DNA from: the human T2T-CHM13v2.0 reference genome, Homo sapiens
Strand: one strand, 5' to 3'
Length of the DNA: 64,000 bases
Assembly (NCBI RefSeq): GCF_009914755.1
Contig: NC_060947.1
Of the stretch, positions 12,181 through 25,699 are shown piece by piece (the stretch's first letter is position 1; each line of letters opens with the position of its first letter). Made by a program: the position numbers and the translations under genes. The notes under the pieces are model-generated. The model made no database searches. It had not been told where the DNA came from and saw only the letters and a program-made list of their open reading frames with translations.

Positions 12181-12980
12181 AAAAACAACTCTACCAATAA
12201 AATCAAAATGTAAAATTCCAAGAGTAAACATAACAAGGAATGTGTAGAGCATATATGAAAAAAAACTATAAATTTTACTAGAGGAAAGAATGACAAAAAA
12301 GATAACACAGTTTTTGAGCACTTACCGTATGCTGGATGCTGTTCAAACTACTTCAAACTGCATTTCAAACTACATGTATTAACTCATTTAATCCTTTCAG
12401 CAATACTGCGAGGTGGGTACAACTTAATTGTTGAGGGAATTTAGTCACAGAGTATTTAAATATCATAGCAAGCTCCCATAGATACAAAATAAACCTTATA
12501 TTAATAAAGATATATTATAGCCTTAGATTATAAGACTCAATATTGTAAAGATATCCATTCTTCACAAATACATTTATAAATTTAACATGACTCCAGAGAA
12601 AAATCAAAATGGAATTTCTATACTTGACAAAAATGTCAAGGTTCATCTAAACAAATAAATATATTAGACCAGCCAGGACATGTTTGAGAAATAATAAATG
12701 CAAAACTTCTGTATCATATTAATAACTAAAGTAAATTGTGATAGTGAGACTTCATAAGAATACAGATACCTATCAATGGAAGAGGATACTATAGAATAGA
12801 AAAAACAGGAAGAAATACACCAGAAGGTTAGCAGTAGTTTTATATGGTGAGGATTTGTGTAATTTAAATTATTTTCCATTGCACTTTCCTGGTTTTCAAT
12901 TGTTTAATGAATATTTTGTATTTTTGTATCTTATATTTTTAGGGAAGAAAAAAGGTTTTACCCTAAAGAAAGCAAAACCA

Positions 12981-13043
12981 GGCCAGGCGCGGTGGCTCAC
13001 GCCTGAAATCTCAGCATTTTGGGAGGCCGAGGCAGGTGGATCT
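12981..13043 (+). mobile_element. Alu 5' fragment (3'-truncated)
   Basis: ggccaggcgcggtggctcacgcctgaaatctcagcattttgggaggccgaggcaggtggatc, then non-Alu sequence. Confidence 0.92.
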
Positions 13044-13290
13044 TACTTTTCAAATCAAATGGCCTTGATTTTTTCTGTTTTTCCAGGGTCTCTAGGAAGG
13101 CCTGGAGTAGAGTGATCCTGATTTTAACCAACTTCTCTGTCTGGGTGTATTACTGGAATCTCAAACTCTCAATAAGTCCAACATATATATCTTGAGCTTT
13201 TTCTAAATGAGCCAGTATTTGTGCATAACATGTAACTAACATATATTTTTCTCACTTAAATTATCCATCAATGTTGCGAGATATTTGCTC

Positions 13291-13703
13291 TGTATTAGTA
13301 CATTCTTGCATTGCTATGAAGACATATCTAAGACTGGGTAATTTATAAAGAAAAGGGATTTAATTGGCTCGCGGTTCTGCAGGCTATACAGGAAGTACAG
13401 TGGCATCTGCTTCTGAGGAGGTCTCAGGGAGCTTTTACTCATTGCAGAAGGCAAAGGGGGAGCCAACACTTCACATGGAAAAAGAAGCAGGAAGAGAGGG
13501 TGGAGGTGCTACATATTTTTAAACAACCAGATCTCGTGATAGCTCATTCACTATCATAAGAATATCACCAAGGGGATGGTGGTAAACCATTCAGAAGAAA
13601 CCACCTCCAAGATTCAATCACCTCCCGCGAGGACCCACCTCCAATATTGGGGATTAAAATCTGACATGAGATTTGGGCGGGGACACAGATCCAAACCATA
13701 TCA
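13291..13703 (-). mobile_element. MST (MSTA-like) solo MaLR LTR
   Basis: tgtattagt...ccaaaccatatca with 5-bp TSD tgctc on both sides. Confidence 0.9.
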
Positions 13704-13869
13704 TGCTCTAATTAGACACTTAAAGATCAAAAACAAGCAAACAAATGAAAAGCAGAGGCTCAAGATGCTTAAATAATTTGCCTAAGTTGTGAATGGCAAA
13801 ATTGGGATTCAGACCCAATCAAGTCCTCAGTGTGATTCCATTCTGCTATCAAAATTGTACTCTCTCATC

Positions 13870-14290
13870 TCTGGACCTGCTTCTGTTGATGTATTCTCTC
13901 TCTTGACAGATGATACCAATGTTCAGCCTGACCACCAAGTCAGTCTAAACAGCAGTCACCCTCAATTCCTTCTTCCCCCTCCATCTCATCCTCCAAATGC
14001 AGTCACTAGATCTTGTTAAGTCTATTGAGATTTTCCAAATTTCTACTCTGCTTATTTCTCTGTTACTTCCATTACTTTTGCTGCTGAATTTAATCATTTC
14101 TCTGCCCTTGTCTAGACTGTCTAGATTTCTACGTGGTCTTTCTCCCCTACTTTTCATTCTCCACACTGAAGCCGATATATAAATCTTACTTTTCCACTTC
14201 ATGATCCAAACCCTTCAATAGATTCCCATTACCTAGGGAATTTAAATTCACTAGCCTGGCACCTAAGACCCTTTGTTGTCTAGCCCCTAT
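13870..14290 (+). mobile_element. L2 fragment
   Basis: Pyrimidine-rich L2-like text (cattctccacactgaagcc, aaacccttcaatagattcccatt). Confidence 0.55.
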
Positions 14291-14295
14291 CAACC

Positions 14296-14654
14296 TATCT
14301 TAGTCTTTTTGGTCTGCTACAACAAAGTATCATAAACTGGGCAGCATATAAAGAACAGAAATGTATTTATTATCTGGAAGTTGAAAAGTCCAAGCTCAAA
14401 GCACCTTAGATTTGGTTTCTGATGAGAATCCACTTTCTAGCTCAGAGATAACATCTTGTAGGAGTGTCCTCACATGGTAGAAGGAGTGACAGTTCTCTTT
14501 GGGGCCTTATTGTATAAGATCACTAAGCCCATTCATGAAAGCTCCCCCTTCATGACATAATCACCCCCAAAGATTCCATCTTCTAATACCATTGCCTTGG
14601 GTTAGGATTTCAGCATATGAATAGGGGAGAGCACAAACATTCAGACCAAAGTAT
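14296..14654 (-). mobile_element. MLT1A-type LTR
   Basis: tcttagtc...cataaactgggcagc...acaaacattcagacc. Confidence 0.8.
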
Positions 14655-14815
14655 AGCCTCTGCAACCCCAAGAGGCCCTACTCTCCCATGTGCAACATGG
14701 ACTTCAGCCATACCAGTCACTTGCAGATCCTTGAATGAACACACCAGATTGTCACTCCTTTTCCATTTACGCATGCAGGAGTGTTTTTCAAATACACATA
14801 TTTTTGACATCCTTC

Positions 14816-15194
14816 TGTATTAGTTCATTTTCCCACTTTCACACTGCTAATAAAGACATACCGGAGGTTGAGTAATTTATAAAGGAAAAAGGTGTAACTG
14901 ACTCACAATTCAGCATGGCTGGAGAGGCCTCACAATCATGGTGGAAGATGAAGGAAGAGCAAAGGGATGTCTTACATGGCAGCCAGCAAAAAGAAAATGA
15001 GAATGAAGTGAAAGAGATTCCCCTTGTAAAACTATCAGATCTTGTGAGACTTACTCATTACCATGAGAACAGCATAGGGGAAGCCACCGTCATGATTCAA
15101 TTACCTCCCACCGGGTCCCTCGTACGACATGTGGATATTATGGGAGCTATAATTCAAGATGAGATTTGGGTGGGGACACAGCCAAACCATATCA
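14816..15194 (-). mobile_element. THE1 (C-like) solo LTR
   Basis: tgtattagt...gggtggggacacagccaaaccatatca with TSD ccttc (14811-14815, 15195-15199). Confidence 0.92.
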
Positions 15195-16534
15195 CCTTCC
15201 CTGCCCTGTCTTCTTGGAAAATCCTTTGTCATTCTTTAAGAGTTAACTCCAATAATAACTTCTTGGAAATTGCTCTAACCTCCTCAGACAAAATAAGACC
15301 CACCCTCTCATGTGTTTGCACAGTAGCCGACAGTTTTTTTTTTTTTCCTTGCAGAGTATAGTGAAAAGAGAATAGGCTTTCCAATATCTACTCTCTTTCA
15401 AATCACAGGAGTAGGGCCTGCACCCAGAAATTGTTGTTTACTAACTGTAGCATCTTGGGCAAATTATCTCTACATGGGATTTAATGAGACTTCTTAAAAG
15501 CAATTTGACCAAAATGTTGATCCATTGGCTTCTCCACTTTAAGACTAAAAATGAAATCATTCTTGACTGAATAGGTAGAAAGTTATTTATGTTAGAAGTT
15601 TTTTGTTTGTTTATTTTCCAGAAGAGATAGCTGCATTTCTATTAAGTTTTCAAGACACTCATCATTCCTGAATCCTTTCTATCTAGCCATTCACATTCCT
15701 ACCTGTTTTTTTGTTTACAAATGTTTTCTTCTATTTAACAAAATGGATTTACAATCATATTTCTCATAGATTTCTTGCTTTGAAACACTTTAATTAGTAC
15801 TCATTATTTACCAGACACAAAAAAAGACAGCAATAAGGGCCATAAAATCAAAGAGAAGTACATTTCTCAGGAAGTCTAATGGAGGGAGACTCCAAATTTT
15901 TAATCCAATGGATGCTAGTGGAATATTAATGAGCCTAGAGGGTTGTGTTAATATTGATCTAGTCCCATAACTCAATTTCCCATCCCACCTCATGGCTTAT
16001 AAAAATTCAAGACACATAGTAGTTCTTAATTATTCTCTTGGAGATTTTCTTCCAATAACCAAAGCTATCCCCAGGTCAGAGAAGGATTGCTCCAAGAGAT
16101 ATTTCTCTTAATTCGCCAAAGGTAGAGATTCGGGGGACAAGTGAGTCAGTGTCTATCTCCACATCATACCTATGACTTCTGTTTTATGTACCAGTGTTTC
16201 TCATTAAATTTCATAATTGAAGCATACTGATTTTTCCCTTTAGAATACATTTGGTAAGATAGTGAGTGTCTCCATCTAAAGGTGGGAGTTTCAAAAACAC
16301 ATCAAATGTTTTCTTATATTTACTAGCTCTGTAATCTCATAAGCATGTGGCAGTATCTCAAGTTGAGACAAGATTATTTCCTCTGTGTTCAGACATTTAT
16401 GGAAAAGGAATAGCATAGTGGTAGAGAACATACATTTTAGAGTCACTAAGACTTCTATTCAAATTTTACCTCTGTAGCTATAATGCCCAAGAGTTCAGTT
16501 TACTTCTCTGAACTTCATCACACAAAAGTCTCTA

Positions 16535-16841
<307 letters not shown>

Positions 16842-19201
16842 TCTTTAAAGTATCCACCTACTTCATATTATATTCAATGAGGGTTATGTTATTGCACTCA
16901 ATGCATGGCTTCATAATAATGACAGTAGCTAATATTTATTGGGGGTTACTACTATGACCTAATGTTTGGAAAACACTGGCCTAACTATTCCATGAGAAGT
17001 GAGAAATAAGAAAGGAACAGAAATCCCATCTGGAATGTGTTGCTGAGCAAGGTTGTTCAGGAGACACATGGCATAAATGCTGCTTGTATGAGATATAATT
17101 TCAGAGTGAGATATTTTAGGATTGTGGGAAAGAATATGGGATAGCCTCAGTTTTATAGATAAGGGCTGATTGAAGCTGCTGAAAGGCAAGGTCAAAATAT
17201 GAAAGGAGATTAAGCCCTGCCCTGTGCCATTGCTCCTTGGATTGTGCACCTCTGTTGAGACTTCCCTGAAAGTTAAGTAAACCAGTGTCATGGTAGGCAA
17301 CATTAAGTAACCGATTCCTTAAGAAAAGTGAATTCCAGCTGTCTAGTAACAGGGGCTAGGGAGAGAGTGATTGGCAATCAAGGTCAGGAACAGGAGTAAG
17401 TTGAAATCCCGTCCCTTAGGTGAATTACTGCGTATGTACAGAGAACAGAAAAAAGAAAGCAAAAGCTAATATCCTCAGGATAATTGGACATGGGCGAGAC
17501 AGAAGGATGAGCACATATCTGATGGAAAATCATTTGGCCGCAGATTCTCTTCTGAAACATCCTGTGAAGTAAGTACTGAAGGCACTGGATCAAATTCTTT
17601 CAAGTGTGTACTTAGCATGAGGCTGCTGCTGGCTATGTTGTTTACAGAGTAAACCAAGAACAAAGTAGCCAATCTCAGGCCTCTGCCTAGTGCAGAGTTT
17701 TGCATTTGAAATGTCTAGTAATGTATGAGGCTTGGAGAGGATGTTTGACAGCTAGTGCTTATTGTTTTAGAAGGGACTCACTCTTTCTTGGGTGGTAGGC
17801 AGATCTATTAACTTGGAAGGAATATTCCAATTATGTCCTTTAGTTCAGGCTGCTGCTGTAAGGGTTGAAGATCAGATAGATAAGTTACACAGAAGCCAAC
17901 TTCAGATTTCATTTTGGTAGCTGGACTTCCCTCTGCTAGATGGAGATATCCCCTAGGAAGAATGAATGACAGGCAGTGAAAAGAAGATGCCTAAAGAAAA
18001 CGTGAGCATTCACATTGGAAAGAGAGTTCAGTATATTGCTAGAAAGTCTTATGTAGAGAGAAGGGAATGTATTGAGATTGTAGATTCACAAATAAACACA
18101 CCCAATGTCTTTCTGCATTTCAGATATTAAGCTTGAAACCTCATATAACAATAAAGGTCACAATTTCTGTTTTAAACAAGTATACCACCTACGACTAATC
18201 TGAGTCGTAGGCTAATTAAAAAAAAGCAAGCTAGAAAAGAGTGGCAGAGAAACTCTTCCTCTAGACTTCGTCTTTTGACCAAATTCACAACCATTTAGAG
18301 GCAGATGGAAAGGTAAACAATGTCTAGTCTCATTTTACACACAGGTGACATGGGGCTTAAGTGAGCACAGCACAGCAGTTATGAGCATTTATGAGGCCCA
18401 GGAGCCTCATGCAAATCCCAGGTCCAAACCTCACAAACTGTGTGAGCTTGGGAATGCCCTATGAGTTTTCTGATCTTTGTCTCTCAGGTGGGTCAAATGA
18501 GCTAGAGTCTGATGCAGTGCCTGACAGGCAAAGGTGGCAGGTGCCTGTCGACAGGGATCTAGCTGTCAGTCTTTGTTTCCTCAGCGAAGCGCTGCATTCT
18601 GGAGTTCCCGAGTCTGTGTTCTTTCCTCTCCCCTGAACGTCCAGGAACCACAAGCAACTCCCCAGCTTCCTTCCTGAGGCCAGGTTGAGGCACTGCTGCT
18701 TGTGCCACAGTCAGCAAGTGACCAGGGAGCAGTGCTGGATGGCCTCTGCATGGGAGAATAACCTTGCCCGGCACTGGAATGCAGGGCTTGAATGAGCCAC
18801 AGTGGAGCGCTTAAGTATAAAAAGAGAGGCAGGTGAGTCTCGGCAATCTGAGGCAGAAACTATCCCTAGAGAGGGAGTTAGTTGTCCAAGTCCCATGAGA
18901 GAAAAGTGACAATGTGCAGGTGATAGCATGGCAAGGTAACAGTGGGGAGGATAGAGGGAGGGCAGCAGTGTATTGGGGTGCAGGACGTGGTGGGTGCATG
19001 GAGAAGTGAGGTTTCAATCCACTCCGCTTCAACCACACTGGACTCCTTACTGTCCCTGGATCATGCCGGGCTCAGTCTCTGATTAGGGCCTTTGCACTGC
19101 CTGCTTCTTCATCCTGGGATCATTCTTCCCTATACATCCATGGCACTGAGCCTCTTTCAAGTCAAATGCCACCTTTTCATTGAGGCCTATACGGGCCACC
19201 C

Positions 19202-19280
19202 TTTTTGTTTTGTTTTGTTTCTTTTTTTTTATTTTACTTTAAGTTCTGGGATACATGTACAGAATGTGCAGGTTTGTTTT
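19202..19280 (-). mobile_element. Very short L1PA 3' end within an L2 remnant
   Basis: T-tail followed by ttttactttaagttctgggatacatgtacagaatgtgcaggtttgtt. Confidence 0.85.
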
Positions 19281-20301
19281 CATACACATACAACATACAC
19301 ACATGCATGTGTATATACCAAAGCAGAATATGTCATCGTAAACTTTGATATTCCATTGTTAGTAATGTTAATTGTGTCACAAGAATGACATACTCCAATA
19401 ATTTAGAACCACTGCCATTCTCTAGTGCATAGAGAAACAAATTAAGCATGCACCTCTGTTCTCTAGAAGCTCATAGTCCACCGAGGGAAACACAGACATT
19501 AATATTAAAGCCAATGCAAGCCAGAATGTACTCAGTGCTACACTAGACCTACAAACAGAGCCCTGTGAAAAAAGAATAGATGAATCCTGACTTTAAACAT
19601 CTGGAAAGACTTATTGGAGGAGATAGGATTTTAACCAGGACTTGGTAAATGTGTAGGAACTTGAAAGGTAGATAGATGATGTTATCAACTTCTTTGTATG
19701 CCTGTCTTACTTTCCAGTTTGGACAAAAGGCATATCTGAATTTCAAGGTCATGGAAACATTTTTCATTGAGGGAACACTGGACTAAAGGTTCAGACAGGA
19801 GTGATTCAGAGATACTGAAATTGGAATGATCAAGTTTCCTTACATATTTTTTACTTTTTTTTTCTTTGTTGTTGTTGTTTGTTTTGTTCACTTTCCCTTA
19901 GAATTGGACAGGAGCCAGGGATTCTGAGTGGAAGCACTTTCTAGGAATCAAAATTGCACAGGTGGTTGGCTCTTTATTCGTCATGAACCTCCTGGTGTTT
20001 GAACATAACAAATGGGTACAGGAGCACAAGAAACCTCCCAGGAGTTTATATACATGAGTTTATGTCTAAAGATATTGTACCTTAGATTCTCTGTAAGTAA
20101 CAATAAATGAATGTAATGTGGTAGAATCAAATAGAAAAAACATGCTGCCCGGTCACCCTGTTTGATGAAAGCTCTGGAAGACCTAAAGATATTTCTGTGA
20201 CTAGATTACATTACGGGTCAAAGAAATATAACTCTAAGATTCTACCTATCTATTACTATAACTGACAATGACTAATTATACCCATAACTATTTATAATTA
20301 C

Positions 20302-20327
20302 ATATATATATATATATATATATATAT
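20302..20327. repeat. (TA)n microsatellite
   Basis: Directly visible. Confidence 0.95.
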
Positions 20328-20380
20328 CCATGAGGAAATACACCCATTGTCAATAATAATTAGTCAAATCTATAGCTAAT

Positions 20381-21588
20381 CAAAACCTCAATTCTTGACT
20401 TCTGTGTACTCACAGGCTCAATACCACGTGGAAGCTGCCAAGGCTTGTGGCTTCCACCCTCTGAAGCAACAGCCCAAGCTGTACCTTGGCACATTTTAGT
20501 CATGGCTGGAGTGGCTGAGACACAGGGCACAAAGTCCATAGGCTGTACAAAGCATGGGGACCCTGAGCTTGGCCCACGAAACCACTTTTTACTCCCGAGC
20601 CTCCAGGCCTGTGATGGAAGGGGCTGCCATGAAACCTCTGACATGCCCTGGAGATCTTTCCCCATTGTCCTGAGGATTAACATTTGGCTCCTTTTTACTT
20701 TTGCAAATTTCTGCAGCCAGCTTGGATTTCTCCTCAGAAATGGGATTTTCTTTTTTATTGCAATATCAGGCTGCAAATTTTCTGAACTTTTATGCTCTGC
20801 TTCCCTTATAAAATTGAATGCCTTAACAGCACCAAAGTCACTTCTTGACTGTTTTGCTGCTTAGAAATTTCTTCTGCCAGATGTCAAAAATAATCTCTCT
20901 AAAGTTCAAAGTTCCACACATCTCTAGGGCAGGGGCAGAATGCCATAGTGTCTTTGCTAAAACATAACGGGAGTCACCTTTGCTCCAGTTCCCAACAAGT
21001 TCCTCATCTCCATCTGAAACCAACTCAGCCTGGACTTTATTGTCCATATCACTATCAGCATTTTGGGCAAAGCCATTCAACAAGTCTCTAGGAAGTTCCA
21101 AACTTTCCCACATTTTCCTGTCTTCTTCTGAGCCCTCCAAACTGTTCCAACCTCTGCCTGTTATCCAGTTCCAAAGTGGCTTCCACATTTTCAGGTATGT
21201 TTTCAGCAGCCCCCGGCTCTACTGGTACCAATTTACTGTATTAGTCCTTATTCACGCTGCTGATAAAGACATACTTGAGACTGAGCAATTTATACAGGGT
21301 TTAATGGACTTACAGTTTCATGTGGCTTGGGAGGCCTCACAATCGTGGTGGAAGGCAAGGAGGAGAATCTTATGTGGATGACAGCAGGCAAAGAGAGAGC
21401 TTGTGCAGGAGACTCCCATTTTTAAAACCATCAGATCTCGTGAGACCCATTCGCTATCACAAGAACAGCATGGGAAAGACCAGCCCCCATGATTCAGTCA
21501 TTTCCCACTGGGTCCCTCCCACAACACATGAGAATTATGTGATCTACAAGATGAGATTTAGGTGGGGACGCAGAGCCAAACCACATCA
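20381..21588 (-). mobile_element. THE1B-like element: 5' LTR (21237-21588) plus truncated internal region
   Basis: The LTR is followed on the minus strand by gtaaattggtaccag. Internal ORF remnant DMDNKVQAELVSDGDEELVGNWSKG. No second LTR. Confidence 0.92.
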
Positions 21589-22304
21589 TTGAGCCTCTGT
21601 GACATGTAGCAGCCCTACAGGGAACTGCCAACAAAATTAGTTTTAAAAAGCCTTGTCCAGGAAGCATACATGGGAGCTGGTCACTTTGCTCTTTCAGCCC
21701 TCCTAGAGGTGCTTAGACCTCTGGAGAGAGACACTGAGACAGGTAAGAGGGCAGAAATGACTAAGAGGTAACACACTGTGGAGTCCCAAAACCAGCACAC
21801 ACTTCAGCCCACAAAAAGCCTAGGCCACAGCTCAGTTCCTCCTTTTAAGAAAGAAAAGTGGGAAACAAATAATCTATGAATGAGGAGAAAACAAGGAGAA
21901 TGTTCCCCTTTTGGGCACCCTGTTGCTTTTATGGTTCTACCTGCTGGAATTTGTGTTAGATGGAAATAATGATCTTTGTGCACATTTACACCAAGAAAAA
22001 AGAGTCCTAAGGTCGACCCACAAACTATAGAGTTCCTAAGTTCTCTTTTTCTCTATTTTCTTTTCTGCCTGCTTTAAAGCTGCTGTTGGCTTTCTGCTTA
22101 GATACAATCCACTATTTGCATCCAACCATTTCTTCCTGTTACTATTTTGCAAACCAATGAGTTTGTATTAATATCTCATGACTAGAGTTCTGAAGTAAAA
22201 GCTATAGGATCTTTGGTTGTATGAGTATGTATGTGTGTGTTTATGTATACATACATGTATTTCATTGCGCTTTGGCCAGAAGGTACAAATTTGGCTTAAA
22301 GAGT

Positions 22305-24606
22305 TGTCTTGGTCAGTTTTCACACTGCTGTAAAGAACTTCACTGAAACTGGATAATTTATAAAGGAAAGAGGTTTAATTGACTCACAGTTCCATATGGC
22401 TGGGGTGGCCTCAGGAAAATTACAATCATAGTAGAAGGTGAAAAGGAAACAGGCACCTTCTTCACAAGGTGGCAGGAGAGAGAAGTGAGAGTGCGGGAAA
22501 AAAAATACTGCCACTTTTAAAACCATCAGATCTCCTGATAACTCACAATCATGAGAATAGCATGGGGGAATCTGCCCCCATAGTCCAATCATCTCCCTCC
22601 AGGTCTCTCCCTAGACAAAGAAGATTATGGGTATTATAATTCAAGGTGAGATTTGGGTGGAGACACAAGGCCTAACCATATTGTTCCATTCCTAGCCCCT
22701 CCCAAATCTCATGTCCTCACATTTCAAAACTTATCATGCCTTCCCAACAGCCCCTCAAAGTCTTAACTCATTCCAGCATTAACTTAAAAGTCCAAGTCCA
22801 AAATCTCATCTGAGACAAGTTCCTTCCACCTATGATCCTGTAAAATAAAAATAAAAAACCAGTAAGTTACATCCAAGAAACAAAGGGGGTACAGGCATTG
22901 GGTAAATGTTTCCATTCCAAGTGGGAGAAATTTGTCAAAACAAAGGGGTCACAGACCTCAAGGAAGTCTGAAATCCAACAGGGCAGTCATTAAATCTTAA
23001 AGCTCCAAAATAATTTTCTTTGACTCCATGTCTTACATACAGGGCATGCTAATGCAAGGGGTAGACTTGCACAGCCTTGAGCAGCTCTGTCTCTGTGGCT
23101 CTGCATGGTACAGCCTCCATCCCTGGCTGCTTTCATGGCTGGTGTTGAGTGTCTGCAGCTTTTCCTAGCACACGGTGCAAATATCAGTGGATCTACCATT
23201 TTGGGGTCTGGAAGAGGGTTGCCCTTTTCTCACAGCTCTACTAGGCAATGCTGCTGTGGGGACTCTGTGTGGGGGCTCAAACCTCACATTTCTTTTCTGC
23301 ACCACCCTAGAAGAGATTCTCCATGAGAGCTCTGCCTCCGTAGCAGACTTCTGCCTGGAGATCCAGGCGTGTCCATATAGCCTCTGATACCTAGGAAGTT
23401 CTCGAACCTCAATTCTTGTCTTCTGTGCACCCGCAGGCTCAACACTATATGGAGGCCACCAAGGCTTGGACTTTGCACCCTCTGAAGCAATTGACCCAGG
23501 TGTACTTTGGCACCTTTTAGCCACAGCTGGAGCTGGAGGGGCTAGGATGCAGGACACCAAGTCACGAGGCTGCACAGAGCAGGGGGGCCCTGGGCTTGAC
23601 TGACAAAACCATTTTTTTCCTCCTATGCCTCAATGCCTGTGGTAGGAGTGGCTGCTGCCAAGACCTCTGACATGCCCTGGAGACATTTTCCCCATTGTCT
23701 TGGCAATTTACATTTGGCTCCTGGTTACTTATGCAAATTTCTGCAGCAGGCTTAAATTTCTCCATAGAAAATAGGTTTTTCTTTTCTATCACATAATCAG
23801 GCTGCAAACTTTTCAAACTTTTATGCTCTGCTTCCTTTTCGAACATAAGTCCCAATTTCAGATCATGTCTCTCAAGTTCTAAGTTCCACAGGTCTCTAGG
23901 GCAAGGGCAAAATGCCACCAGTCTCTTTGCTAAAGCACAACAAGAGTGACCTTTGCTTCGGTTCTCGAGAAATTCCTCATCTCCGTCTGAGACTACCCCA
24001 GCCTGGACTTTATTGTCCACATCATTATCAGCATTTTAGTCAAAACCATTCAAGAAGTTTATAGGAAGTTCCAAACTTTCCCACATCTTCCTATCTTCTT
24101 TTGAGCCCTCCAAACTGTTTCACCCTCTGACTGTTATCCAGTTCCAATGTAACTTCCACATGTTCAAGTTATCTTTTCTTTATAGCAGTACCCCACTCTC
24201 TGCAGTACCAATTTACTTTATTAGTCAATTTTCACACTGCTATAAAGAACTTCCCTGAGACTGGGTAGTTTATGAAGGAAAGAGGTTTAACTGACTCACA
24301 GTTCCATATGGCTGAGGAGGCCTCAGAAAACTTACAATCATGGTGAAAGGCATAGGGGAAGCAGGCACCTTCTTCTCAAGGTGGCAGGAGAGAGAAGTGA
24401 GAGTACAGGAAAAAACTGTCACTTTTGAAATGACTGGATCTCGTGAGAATTCACTCACTATCATGAGAACAGCATGGGGGAAACCATCCCCATGATCCAA
24501 TAACTTTTCTCCCTCAGCCCATCAGGACTGCAGTTCCCTTCCTTGACATGTGGGTATTACAATTCGATGTGAGATTTGGGTGGGGACACAGGGCCAATCC
24601 ATATCA
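22305..24606 (-). mobile_element. Full-length THE1D-like MaLR (LTR 22305-22683, internal, LTR 24217-24606)
   Basis: Two similar LTRs, TSD agagt (22300-22304, 24607-24611), internal ORF remnant 23562-24020. Confidence 0.93.
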
Positions 24607-25020
24607 AGAGTACTCATAAATTAAATAATAAACCCAGATGCTCTTCAAGTTCATGTGATGTAAGTAAAAGTTTTAATAAGCTAGCCTTAAAATTATTGGT
24701 AAAGTAATACTAGAAATGTCTCAAGAATTTTCAGTATACATTTTTGTTTGCATTTATTGTTCAAGCAATTTCATACTCATTCCTGCCAAACACTAGAAGT
24801 GTCAAAATTTGGCATAAGGGATACAAAACTATAGACCAAGCCCAAAACAGAAGGATCTTTTCTTGTATAATTTTTGATAAATAAGACATTAATATTGGTT
24901 TAATGAAAATAGTTAAATATTGAATTATTCTGTAAAACAACCATATATTTAATCTTAAGGTTGCTACATAGGTAAACACCTGAAATTCACAGGCTTTAAA
25001 ATGGGTGACAATGAAGTAAC

Positions 25021-25699
25021 TGTAACCACCCAATGAGTTCACCTTGCCCACTGCCTAGAAAGGGCTGATTTATCAAGACAGGGGAATTATAATAAAGAAG
25101 AGTAATTCATGCAGAGCCACTATGCAGTACACCTGAGTTTTATTATTACTGAAATCAGTATCCTCGAGAATTTTGGGATCAGAGTTTTTATGGACACTTT
25201 AGTGCTCAGGGGACCAGTGAATCAGGAGTTCTGACTGGTTGGGTCAGAGATGAAATCATAGAAAATAGAAACTATCCTCCTACACTGATTCAAGACCAGA
25301 TGAGCCAGATCATTCATTGATCTGGGAGGTGCCAGTAGGTCAGTGGAGTGCAGAATCTGTAAAATATCTCAAGCACTGATCTTACATTTTAGAATAGTGA
25401 TATTATCCCCAAGAACAGTTTGGGGAGATTTAGAATCTCACAGCCTCCAGAGGCATAGCTCCTAAACCATGATTTCTAATCTTGTGGCTTTAGGCAGTCT
25501 AGTCCCCAGGCAGGAAGAGGGTTTGTTTTTGGAAAGGACAGTTATCATCTTTGTTTTAAAGCAAAACTATAAACTAAGTTCCTCCCAAAGTTAGTTGGAC
25601 CTATGCCCAGAAATAAAAGGACAGCCTCGTGGTTAGAAGCAAGATAGAGTCCATTAGGTCAAATTTATTTCACTGTCTCAGTTTTGCATGGCATTTTCA
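25021..25699 (-). mobile_element. LTR8-type solo LTR
   Basis: tgtaaccacccaatgagttcaccttgccc...ttttca with 4-bp TSD taac (25017-25020, 25700-25703). Confidence 0.85.

Noticed and set aside
14915-15361. 148-aa ORF
   Set aside because: It lies mostly within an antisense THE1 LTR, a typical spurious ORF.
18816-18823. TATA-box promoter
   Set aside because: An isolated motif only about 10 bp before the splice donor, too close for a first exon, with no independent support.
20360-24020. Cluster of 110-150-aa ORFs
   Set aside because: All lie within THE1 internal or LTR sequence and are degenerate MaLR remnants.
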